From Planktothrix sp. GU0601_MAG3 (lineage in GTDB: Bacteria > Cyanobacteriota > Cyanobacteriia > Cyanobacteriales > Microcoleaceae): DNA of 64,000 nucleotides. The position numbers and the translations under genes were made by a program. The stretch lies in NCBI GenBank assembly GCA_035193785.1, contig CP136572.1:1716578-1780577 (forward strand). Direction: 5' to 3'. Shown here one piece after another: positions 21,884-32,293 of this stretch. The notes below the pieces were generated by a model. It searched no databases, had not been told where the DNA came from, and saw only the letters and a list, made by a program, of their open reading frames with translations. Numbering within the stretch: position 1 is the first letter of the stretch; the number at the start of each line of letters is the position of its first letter.

Positions 21884-23842
21884 ATGCAAGAACAGCATCA
21901 TTTAGAATTAGAATCATCAGTTAACTCGGAAAATTCACTAGAATCTGAATCGTTAAATCTTTTACCTTTAGGAATAATTTTAACCTTAATCTCCGGTGTA
22001 GGCGGGGTAATTTTTATGGCCCTTCCTTCCCAACCAATTAATAATCCATCCTCTACAAAGTTAGAATTATTCTCTCCTCTAATTCCTGCGGTTCAACCTC
22101 CGGCTAATTTTAATCCAGTTCCTCCACCTGCTCCTATTAATTTTACCATGGGAAATTTAATTGCTCCACCTTCTATCAAATCTAACGACATTTTTGGAAT
22201 TTTAGAAAATACTAACCCGAATAATAATTCAGTTATTGAATTAAATAATTTGGAACAAAATATATATTTAATTCCTGATACTGAAGATTTTAATATAGAT
22301 AATTATTCGTTTAAAGTTGAGCCAGAGAAAGCAAATCCTAGGGAAACAATAGAAAATAATATGACCTCTCTAAATTTAACCGCAAATCGTCCCCAATATC
22401 AGAGGATGACTCAACAACCTTCAGAGGTTCAACCTTCCCCTTCCCCTGAAACCGATGGCGTTGAATTGACCTTAAATGATGTGATTTTTTTGGGCTTAGA
22501 AAATAACCGGACGATTAAAAATCAACATTTAGAACGCATTGTCCAACGTCAGGATTTAATCGTAGCTGAGGATAAATTTAATCCAAATTTTACCCCGAGT
22601 TTATCAATTAACTGGAATGATACTAGTCAGGGAAATTCAACCGTGATGAGGAATGGTTTAAAGTTATCAGCAGGATTAGTAATTAAAATTCCCACGGGGG
22701 GAGAGTTCAATATGCGTTGGTTTGGACGGAGAGAACAACAAAATCATCAAGGTTCGGGAGGTTCGGATCGAGATGTTTTAAGACAAAATTTAGCATTAGT
22801 TTTTAGGCAACCTTTATTAAAGGGAGCAGGTCAAAGGGTTAACCGTGCTGATATTGAAATTGCCCGGATAACAGAAACTATTAATTTCCTCGAGTTGAAA
22901 TCTACTTTAATTAATAAAATAACTGAAATTATTATATCCTACCGCAGTGTATTACAAGCTCAAGAGCGAGTTAACATTGCTTTCCAATCTTTAGACAATG
23001 CCAAAAAAGAAGTAGAAAATACTAAGGTTTTTATTGATGCTGGGCGTAAACCTAGAGCCGATTTAATTACGGTAGAATCTCAAGTTGCTGCTCAAGAAAT
23101 AGCTTTATTAAGTTCTCGCAATGATTTAAAGCAACAACGACTGGATTTATTGGAATTATTAGATATTGATGAAGATGTTAATATCATAGCATCTGAAAAC
23201 TTAGAAATTCAGCCCCTAACCTTAGATATTGATCAGATCAGACAGTCTAGTCTTGAGAATCAACCGAGTTATTTAACCGCAAAATTGAATTTAGAAAATG
23301 CCAAAACAAAATTAATTGTAGCTGAAAATAATCGCCGTTGGAATATTGATTTAGAAACATTGGTTAAACATGATCCGGCACCAAATATTATTGAAAATAG
23401 AACTGAATTAAGTGCTGGATTGACTGTTAGTAAAGCCCTGGGTGATCGCAGTATAGAGCGGGATTTTCAACGGAGTCGAGTTGATGTTTTAAAAGCAGAA
23501 ACAGATTTAAAAGAAACGATGCAAAAAGTTAATACTGAGGTGACTAAAAATTTACAAAATATTGAATTGAACTTTAAAAAAGTTGAATTATCTCGACGGG
23601 CGACGGAGTTAGCTCAACAGCAACTGCTTAACCAAGTAGAGAAAATTAAGTTAGGTGTAGAGGGGGCGACACTTTTAGATCTCGTCCGGTTTCAAACAGA
23701 CTTAGATACAGCTAAAAATGACGAGTTAAATGCTAGAATAGAGTATCTGAATGCTTTAACTAATTTAGAAAAAAGCCTGGGTATAACCTTAGAAACCTGG
23801 AAGATCACCCTAGAACAACAACCTCAGCAAAATAATGAATGA
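21884..23842 (+). CDS. TolC-family outer-membrane efflux protein with long N-terminal extension
   Basis: ELTLNDVIFLGLENN, QPLLKGAG, helical OEP-like repeats, ELNARIEYLNALTNLEKSLG. Confidence 0.85.
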   Translation: MQEQHHLELESSVNSENSLESESLNLLPLGIILTLISGVGGVIFMALPSQPINNPSSTKLELFSPLIPAVQPPANFNPVPPPAPINFTMGNLIAPPSIKSNDIFGILENTNPNNNSVIELNNLEQNIYLIPDTEDFNIDNYSFKVEPEKANPRETIENNMTSLNLTANRPQYQRMTQQPSEVQPSPSPETDGVELTLNDVIFLGLENNRTIKNQHLERIVQRQDLIVAEDKFNPNFTPSLSINWNDTSQGNSTVMRNGLKLSAGLVIKIPTGGEFNMRWFGRREQQNHQGSGGSDRDVLRQNLALVFRQPLLKGAGQRVNRADIEIARITETINFLELKSTLINKITEIIISYRSVLQAQERVNIAFQSLDNAKKEVENTKVFIDAGRKPRADLITVESQVAAQEIALLSSRNDLKQQRLDLLELLDIDEDVNIIASENLEIQPLTLDIDQIRQSSLENQPSYLTAKLNLENAKTKLIVAENNRRWNIDLETLVKHDPAPNIIENRTELSAGLTVSKALGDRSIERDFQRSRVDVLKAETDLKETMQKVNTEVTKNLQNIELNFKKVELSRRATELAQQQLLNQVEKIKLGVEGATLLDLVRFQTDLDTAKNDELNARIEYLNALTNLEKSLGITLETWKITLEQQPQQNNE

Positions 23843-24786
23843 TTCCGCTCTGATTGAGTTAACCGTAGACCCGGAAAATTTACCCCAGGATAAACAGCAT
23901 CGACGGTTAGATGTCTGGTTATCTGAACAGATTCCTGATCTATCTCGATCGCGGATTCAAAACTTAATTGGCGCCGGATGGGTAAAAATTAATCAACAGG
24001 TTTGTACTACTAAAAAAGTGTCTGTGCAAGGTGGCGATCGCTTAGAAATAATTCTCCCACCCCCCCAACCTTTAGACTTAGAAGCAGTAAATATTCCCCT
24101 GGATATTTTATATGAAGATGATTGTCTTTTAATTCTGAATAAACCGGCGGGATTAGTTGTTCATCCCTCCCCAGGACATCAGAATGATACCCTGGTTAAT
24201 CGTTTATTAGCCCATTGTGATCAATTATCAGGAATTGGTGGGGTACAAAGACCAGGAATTGTGCATCGTTTAGATAAGGATACCACCGGGGCAATGGTGG
24301 TGGCAAAAACAGATTTTGCCCTGCAAAGTTTACAAGCTCAAATTAAGTCTAAAACTGCCCGTCGTCAATATTTAGGTGTAGTTTATGGAGTTCCCAGAAC
24401 CAAATCAGGAACGATTAATCAACCCATTGGTCGCCATCCGATTGATCGCAAAAAAATGGCAATTGTTTCCCGTAGAAAATGGGGGACGGGAAGCGATTAC
24501 CTATTGGCAAATGCAAGAGCGAATCGGAAACTATACGTTAATGTTATTTACCTTAGAAACTGGGCGCACCCATCAAATTCGGGTGCATACTGCTTTCATG
24601 GGAAATCCGATTGTGGGTGATCCCGAATATAGTCGAGGAAAAGCGATTGGTGTGAATTTACCTGGACAGGCGCTTCATGCTTGGAAATTAACCTTAAATC
24701 ATCCCATTTCAGGGGAACAAATTGAAGCGATCGCCCCGATTCCAGATACTCTAAAAACGCTTTTAGAAGTCCTACGTCGTCGTTAA
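23835..24786 (+). CDS. rluD: RluA/RluD-family pseudouridine synthase; one apparent +1 frameshift
   Basis: S4-like RLD..SRSRIQ, NKPAGLVVHP, HRLDKDTTG, LETGRTHQIRVH. Shift at GTTTC 24465-24469. Confidence 0.9.
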
Positions 24787-24950
24787 AACCGTAGTGAGGC
24801 GTTCACGCCTCTCAGAGAGTCCTAAGAGAGTCCTAAGAGAGTCCTAAAGGACTCACTACGTCGGCCTTCGTTAAAACCGTAGTGAGGCGTTCACGCCTCT
24901 CAGAGAGTCCTAAGAGAGTCCTAAAGGACTCACTACGTCGGCCTTCGTTA
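24781..24950. repeat. Tandem duplication of a GTAGTGAG...CTCACTAC palindromic unit (88 and 77 bp)
   Basis: Units 24781-24868 and 24869-24945 are identical except for one extra 11-mer AGAGAGTCCTA. Confidence 0.9.
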
Positions 24951-24963
24951 ACAAAATTAGGGT

Positions 24964-26055
24964 CTACAAAGGCAAAATTACCGTAAATATTGTTCCCTCT
25001 CCCGGTTCACTTTTAACTGTAATTTCACCTTGGTGTAAATCAACAGCTTGTTTAACAATTGATAATCCTAAACCCGTCCCTTTAATATTTCCTACGTTAC
25101 TAGCCCGTTCAAATTGTTGAAATAGTTTATTTTGATAATCTATCGGTAAACCAATTCCTTGATCAGCAACTTCACACCGGACAAATTGACCCTCTTGGTG
25201 AATTGTCAGGCTGACTGTACCGCCATCAGGAGAATATTTGATCGCATTAGATAACAAATTTAATAAAATATGACGCAGCAAACTTTTATCTAAATTTCCC
25301 GGAATAACTGCTGGGGAAGTTATCAATATCAGGGGATTTTGAGTATTGGCAATGGGTTTGATTTCCTCGATAATGGCTTGACAAAATTCAACGATTTCTA
25401 TGGGTTCAGGACTAAAGATTAGTTTCCTAGATTCAGCCTGACTTAATATTAACAAATCTTCTAAAAGATTGTTCATATTATGCACCGAGTTTTGAATCCT
25501 ATCGAAATGTTTTTGCTTTTTGTCTTCCGGCCATTTTTCACTATAATCCTTCAACATTCCGGCGGAGATTTGAATTGCTGCTAATGGGGTTTTTAAATCA
25601 TGGGAAGCAATGGAGAAAAACCGCGATTTATCATCATTAACCGATTGGGCTTCTTCCAAAGACCGCTGCATTTCTAAGGAGGCTTGATGTTTTTTTAAGG
25701 CAATTTTAATCGAGGCATGAACTTCTCGCTCCTTAAATGGTTTCAGAATATATCCATAGGATGCCGTTTTTTCAGCCCGTTCTAGGGTTTCATCATCGGC
25801 ATAAGCTGTGACATAAATCACCGGAATATTAAACTTTTCTTGAATAAGTTTTGCCGTTTCAATTCCATCTAAATCCCCCTTAATTACAATATCCATTAAA
25901 ATTAAATCCGGTTGGGTTTCTGCTACTTTTTGTAATGCCGATACACTAGAAGATGCAATGCCCACCACCACATATTCCAGTTTTTCTAATTTTCTGGCTA
26001 ATCCTTTGGCAATGATCAATTCATCTTCGACAATTAAAATTTTAATTGCTGCCAT
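24964..26055 (-). CDS. Hybrid response regulator-histidine kinase (REC-HisKA-HATPase)
   Basis: ILIVEDE, DLILMDI, ASHDLKTPL, NLLSNAIKYS, GTGLGL. Confidence 0.93.
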   Translation of the reverse strand: MAAIKILIVEDELIIAKGLARKLEKLEYVVVGIASSSVSALQKVAETQPDLILMDIVIKGDLDGIETAKLIQEKFNIPVIYVTAYADDETLERAEKTASYGYILKPFKEREVHASIKIALKKHQASLEMQRSLEEAQSVNDDKSRFFSIASHDLKTPLAAIQISAGMLKDYSEKWPEDKKQKHFDRIQNSVHNMNNLLEDLLILSQAESRKLIFSPEPIEIVEFCQAIIEEIKPIANTQNPLILITSPAVIPGNLDKSLLRHILLNLLSNAIKYSPDGGTVSLTIHQEGQFVRCEVADQGIGLPIDYQNKLFQQFERASNVGNIKGTGLGLSIVKQAVDLHQGEITVKSEPGEGTIFTVILPL

Positions 26056-26072
26056 TTTTTTAGTCCTTTCAT

Positions 26073-26216
26073 TAAGTAGTTACACAAAATAAATTACCTA
26101 GTTGAGAGAGGGAACAGGCTGCGTCGTGAGACGTGAGCCTGTCGAACGGTCGAACGGTCGAACGAGAACACCGGATCTGGGTAGAAGATTTGTAATTAAT
26201 TTTGTTTAGGTACTTA
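26073..26216. repeat. MITE-like element with imperfect terminal inverted repeats
   Basis: TAAGTAGTTACACAAAATAAATTAC ... GTAATTAATTTTGTTTAGGTACTTA. The internal motif (GGCTGCGTCGTGAG..GTCGAACG..GAGAACACCGGATC) recurs inverted at about 43533-43590. Confidence 0.65.
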
Positions 26217-26319
26217 TTCACTATGTTAACATTTTTTTTATCTGATTAAGCTTGGCTGTATACAGATAACCTATTGGTGCGTGGGATAAGCTATCTACGC
26301 ACCCAATAATTGCTGCTGA

Positions 26320-29300
26320 TTAAAACCGATATCGATATTGGAGTTCGGAAAAACTAACGGTAAATAAGGTTCCGTTTTCTAGGTTTAGGGTGACAGTTTC
26401 CTTCAAGTTGCTCGGTGAGGGTGCAAACCAATTCCATTCCCAAGGATTCAACATTTCTAAAGTCTACTCCGGCGGGAAAACCGATGCCATTATCTCGAAC
26501 AGTTAGAATAATTTTATCTTCCTGGTTTTGATGTAGTCCCAGATAAACAATTCCTGAGCGACCATTGGGAAAGGCGTGTTTTAAGGTATTAGATACTAAT
26601 TCATTCACAATTAAACCGCAGGGTTGAGCGGTTTCAATATTCAAACTAACGGGTTCAACATCGAGTTCAAACTCAATTTGACCAGCTTGGATATTATAGG
26701 ATTCAAATAAATTATCAATTAAATCTTCTAAATAATCTCCAAAATTAATTTTTTCTAAATTAGTTGAACGATAGAGTTTTTCATGAATTAAAGCCATGGA
26801 ATAGATTCGATTTCGGCTATCGTCCAAAACCTTAATTAATTCGGGTTCGGTGAACATATCCGATTGAAATTCTAAAAGATTAGAAACCACCAGCAAGTTA
26901 TTTTTGACCCGGTGGTGAATTTCTTTGAGTAAAACTTCTTTTTCTCGCAAGGATGTCACCAGGGTATCTTCTACTTTTTTGCGTTCAGTAATGTCTCGAT
27001 ACATCCACAAATGCCCTTGGGAGACTCCTTGAATCATAATCGGAACATAATCTCGTTCAAAAGTCCGTCCATCAACTAAAGAGAATTCTTCATTGGCGAC
27101 AACTCGCTTTCTACCCGTGACTTCCAGATTTCTAATAATAAATTGTGTGGGATCGCTAAAGAGATTTTGATATTCAAAGGACAATGCTTTGCCATCCATA
27201 CCGATCAGATGCTCGGGGGATTCTTTGATCCCAAATAAATCACAAAAGGCTTGATTAATTAATACAATTGTCTGAAATTCATCCTTGACTAAAACCCCTG
27301 ACTGTAAATTCCCAATCAATGTGCTTAATCGAGATGTAGTCGCCCACAATTGTTCTTCAATTCTTTTGCGCTCGCTAATATCAATCCAATATCCAACTAT
27401 TTCTAAAGGATTTCCTTGGGCATCGAGGATTAATTTGGCTTGATCATACATCCAAATATAGGTACCATCCTGGTGTTGAAAACGATATTCATAACTGCAA
27501 GATTTTTGCTCAAATAACGAAGATAATTGATTTTTAATTCCCCCGACATCCTCTGGATGAATATGACTTAACCAAAATCCAGGTTGAGTAAATTCGGAAA
27601 CATCATATCCTAAAATAGTTTTGATATTATCACTAATAAATGTGGTTTGACAGTCTCCCTCTGGTTTCGCACTATAAATAATTCCTGGGCTGGAAAACAG
27701 CAAATATTTTAATCGTTCTTGACTGACTAATAAAGATTGTTGAGCTAGGGATCTTTCTTTTAATTCGGTTTGTAATTGTTCATAAAGTTCAGATTGTTGA
27801 ATCGCAATGGCGAGTTGACTGGTAATTTGTTCTAGCAGGGAAATTTCCCAGGCTTCCCATTGTCGAGGTTGACTGCATTGATGGACAATTAATAAACCCC
27901 ATAGGATCTCATTTTCAATAATAGGAACCGCCAGTTTAGCTTGGACTTTAAATTGAGTTAAAAATTCAACCAAACAGGGTAAAATTTGACCATTATGAAT
28001 ATTACTAATTGAGGCAATTTTGCCTTGAATATAACTGCTATGACATTCCGAGGGAAAGACTTCTTGAGAAAAAGTTTTTTCTAAAAGGGAACACCAATCA
28101 GGACTAACGGCTTCAGAAATAACACAACCCGTATAATTATTGTAAATTCGATACACTAATACCCGGTCGGCTTTCAAAAATTGTTTAACTTCCGTCACCA
28201 TGGTTGATAAAATAGATTTCAGATCCAAAGATTCTCTAATTCGTTGGGTAATAGTGGCAATTAATCGTTCTCGAACCACTTGTTGAGCTAAACGTTCCTC
28301 GGCTAATTTATTTTCAGTAATATCATTCTGAATACCTAAATAATGGGTGAGATTTCCCCCCTGATCATAAATGGGAGAAATATTTAATTCGTTCCAAAAT
28401 AAAGATCCATCTTTCCGGTAATTTTTCAATACAACATTGCAGTTTTTTTGCTGTTTTAATGCGATTTTAATTTGCTGTAACTCGGGCTGATCATGATCCT
28501 TACCTTGAAGAAAACGGCCATTTTTCCCAATTGCTTCTTCCGCAGAATATCCAGTCACTTTTTCAAAAGCCGGGTTGACAAAAACAATGGGATTATCTGG
28601 TTGTTGAGCATCGACAATCACGATACCATTACTGCTATAGGCGATCGCTCGTTCACTCAGTCGTAATTTTTCTTCTACCTTTTTTCGTTCTGTAATATCC
28701 GTTGCGGCTCCCAAAATTTGTTTAGGTTTACCATCAGAAGTCCGAGCAAAAATTGTATCTCGACTGACCAACCAATGCCAATTTCCCTGAACATCTTTGA
28801 TCCGGTATTCAAACTCTAAAATTTCTCCCTCCTTGGCTGTGGCAATTTTCTGATAATGTTTTGCTAGGCTAATATAATCATCTGGATGAATCAATTCAGA
28901 GAGAAAATTTGAGCCTTTTTCTAAAGTTTGTTCTGGCGTATATCCTAAAATTTTAATAATTTCTCGATTCACATAAATATTGCAACTTTCCATTAAATCA
29001 TAAATATATAAAATATCAGGAATGGCATCGGTAATTCGTTGAATAAACCGTTGACTTTCTTGTAACTCTAATTCGGCTTTTTTGCGATCCGTAATATCTA
29101 ATGCCGCGCCCGTAATTCCAATAATATTTCCTTCTAAATCCCATAGAGGATCAATGGTTAAATCATAGCATTGCATATCTTCATTTATATTAGTAGTCAC
29201 CTCCTGTCGCAAACCCACTTTTGTGTTCAAAACCTGTTGTTTTAGTTGGGTGAGTTGAATCGCATTTTCCACGGGAAAAATATCAAAATCAAATTTACCA

Positions 29301-31114
29301 ATAACTGCTTCTGATTCATATCCTCCCGCCGGATTATAAATCCAAGTATAGCGTAAATCTAGGTCTTGATTGAACACAACAATAGGTGAATTTTTCAGCG
29401 TAATTTTAAATCGTTCTTCACTAAACCGGAGGGCGGCTTCCGTTTGTTTTCTTTCAATTGCCGTGGCTAAAATATTCGCCACACTTTGCAAATAATTTAC
29501 CTCATCTTCGCTGAACAGTTGATTTTTTTTACCATAAATTTCTACCTGTCCTAAGTGCTGGTAATTTTGTCCTAGAATCGGAATACAAATTCCTTTATTT
29601 AAAAAATTAAAGTTTCCATAATTAAGATCTATTGGCTCTAAAATCTGCTGATATTTGTAGCTACAAAAGAAGAAGTTAGATTTTGAATCCTCCTGATTGC
29701 CTGGGAATTTACTTCTAATTAAGGGTTGTGAAACTAGGGGTTCATGGCTGAGAAGGATATAGTTTTTTAAGGGTTCATCCCAAATTGCTAAGGTGAGAAA
29801 ATTGTCCTCTAAATCATATTCCAACACTTTGCAATATTCAACGTTTAAATTGTTGGCAATCTGAATCACCACTTGATTAATTAGGAAAACTAAATTCGTT
29901 TCTGATAGGGCTTTTTGACCTAATTCGGCGATAATCGCTTGTTGATCAGCCTTATTTTCTAATTGAGATTCTATTTTTTTTAACTCTACAACTTGGCGCT
30001 GGAGTTTTTCATTCATGAAAATCAGTTCTGTTGTCCGGTCAGCCACTCGAACTTCTAAATCTTGATTTAGGGTTTTTAACTCCGCTTCGGCTTGTTGGCG
30101 CTCTACACCAGAGGCAATAATATTAGCAACTACTTGCAAAAAATTAATTTCATCGGGGCTAAAGGTTCGTTGATCCTGAGAATGAATTCCTAACACCCCA
30201 AAGGGCTGGTTTTTTCCAGCAATTAAAACCGTTACCCCACTAATAATATGATGATTAGAAAAAAATGCCGAACTGCTAAAGCGGGTTTCGATCCGCAAAT
30301 CCTCAACGATCACGGGTTGTTTCGATAATAATGTATAGCCCGGTTGGGAATTGCAGCCATTTCCCACGGTAACTCGCCCCACGGAACGAGGAAGCCAACC
30401 TAATCCCGCCGTTAACAAAAATGTGCTGTTGTTGGGGAGTAATTCCCAAATTTGAACATATTTGATCCCCAATGTTTGTCTCACCAAGGTCACAACCTTT
30501 TTTGACAGGTGATCTAAGTTGGTTTGTGAGAGGGCATATTGACCTAATTCGGCAATCACCTGTTGTTGTTGGGCACGACGCTTGATTTCCTGTTGGGCTG
30601 TTTCGCGAATAGTGACATCTTGTACTAAAGAAAAAAGAGAAATAACTTGCCCGTTTTCATCTTTTAAAACGGAGTTATACCACTCACAATATACTAAATT
30701 CCCCTGCTTTGTGTAGTTCCGATTGCAACAGATATTCCGGTTTTCCTCACCATTGAGCAACCGCGACGAGATCGCATTTACCTGTTCTAAATCCTCTGGA
30801 TGGACAAATTCCCACTGATTCCAATGGCGACCCATCAGTTCTTCTGCCTTCCATCCAAAGATTTTTTCGGATTGGGACGACCACCATTTGACCCGAAACT
30901 GCTCATCCCACTCAATCACAGCTAAAGGAGAATTTTCGACGTGAAAGGTTAACTGTTGATGGGCTTGTTCTAATTTGGCTTCTATGGTTGCTTCTGGGTC
31001 GGAAGTTGGGGGGGTTTGGAGTTCCCGCAGGCGTTGTTGTACCCGTTGTTCAATTATTTGTTCCTGTTGGTCAAGCAGGTGTTGTCTCTTTGCTTTCCTA
31101 TTATTTTCTGTCAT
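26320..31114 (-). CDS. Multi-sensor histidine kinase: multiple PAS/GAF, LOV-like, green/red CBCR GAF, HisKA_2-HATPase; apparent +1 frameshift near the C-terminus
   Basis: PAS motifs (HPED, DIT.RK), LOV-like IVFVNPAF..TGYS..GKNGRFLQG..NYRKDGSLFWNEL, GAF QEVFP..CLVEF..AKL, LKEIHHRVKNNL. Correcting GTTTC 26396-26400 gives a normal HATPase end with stop at 26320. Confidence 0.9.
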
Positions 31115-31168
31115 AAATCACCAGATATTTTGGTTATTTTTCAAAGAAAAAAGAGCCATAGTTAACCG

Positions 31169-32263
31169 TCAAGCAGACAAAGGTAAATAAACGGTTACAA
31201 CGGTTTGCTGATCCTTGGGACTTTCTATGATCAGTTTACCTTGATAAAGTTCCATCAGTTTTTGGACAATGGCTAATCCTAACCCAGAACCCTGTTGTTC
31301 ATACAATTTGCGCTCAAACTGAACATGGGCTCCAATTTTAGCTATTTGTTCAGGGGTCATCTCTCGTCCAGAGTTTTTAACCGATAAAACAAATTGATTA
31401 TCTTTAACAAATCCGTTAATTTCAATCGGTTGTCCGATGGTGGAAAATTTTATGGCATTATCAACTAATTCTTCAACCAGTTTTTCTAGTCTCATTTCTG
31501 CCATGGCGATCGCCACATCTTGCAGGTTGAGAAATAAATCTGCCTCCCGTTTTTCCTCTTGAACTTGAGCCATTACTTTTGTCGTAATTACTGTTTGCGA
31601 GGAGCGGGTTTTATCCTGACGTAAGCTGGCAATTTTTTTAGGATCGGTGGCAATTAATTCTAATTCAGCATAGAGCAGAAAATTCATTGTCAACCGATAT
31701 AAACGTTTCCCAGATAGGGAAATTTGCTCGACAATTTCACGGATTTCATCAGTTTCCATGGAATCTAATTCATCGAGTAAAAGTTCCGTTGATGCCAAAA
31801 TTCCATTTAAGGGCGTTCTTAATTCATGGGGCAAGGAATGGGTAATATTACTGCGAAGTTCATCTAATTTTTGTTGGGAAAAGTCTTGAACCGAGGCTTT
31901 TTTTTCTAGTTGAGTGGCGATCGCTTTCAGCAATTCCTTGGGGGTGAAGGGTTTAATTAAATAATCATCTGCTCCCAGTTCCATTCCCTTTCGTAAGTCT
32001 AATTTATCGCCTTGAGAAGTTAGAAAAATAAACGGAATTATCTTAGTTTCTGGTGCTTTTCTTAGGGCTTTTAATACCCCATGACCGTCCATTTCGGGCA
32101 TGACCACATCACATAAAATTAAATCGGGATTAGATTTTTGAGCAACTTGTAAACCGATTTTGCCATTTTCAGCCGATAGGGTTTCAAATTCTTCAATTTC
32201 TAACAGTTCTAAAATGCTCTCCCGAATGAATTCTTCATTTTCAATTACTAAAATTCTGGCCAT
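31169..32263 (-). CDS. Response regulator-histidine kinase-like protein (REC-HisKA-HATPase)
   Basis: PDLILCDVVMP, GADDYLIKPF, SLPHELRTPL, DNAIKFS, GSGLGL. Confidence 0.9.
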   Translation of the reverse strand: MARILVIENEEFIRESILELLEIEEFETLSAENGKIGLQVAQKSNPDLILCDVVMPEMDGHGVLKALRKAPETKIIPFIFLTSQGDKLDLRKGMELGADDYLIKPFTPKELLKAIATQLEKKASVQDFSQQKLDELRSNITHSLPHELRTPLNGILASTELLLDELDSMETDEIREIVEQISLSGKRLYRLTMNFLLYAELELIATDPKKIASLRQDKTRSSQTVITTKVMAQVQEEKREADLFLNLQDVAIAMAEMRLEKLVEELVDNAIKFSTIGQPIEINGFVKDNQFVLSVKNSGREMTPEQIAKIGAHVQFERKLYEQQGSGLGLAIVQKLMELYQGKLIIESPKDQQTVVTVYLPLSA

Positions 32264-32293
32264 TTCGATTTCCTCGATAATTTTAATTCAGGA

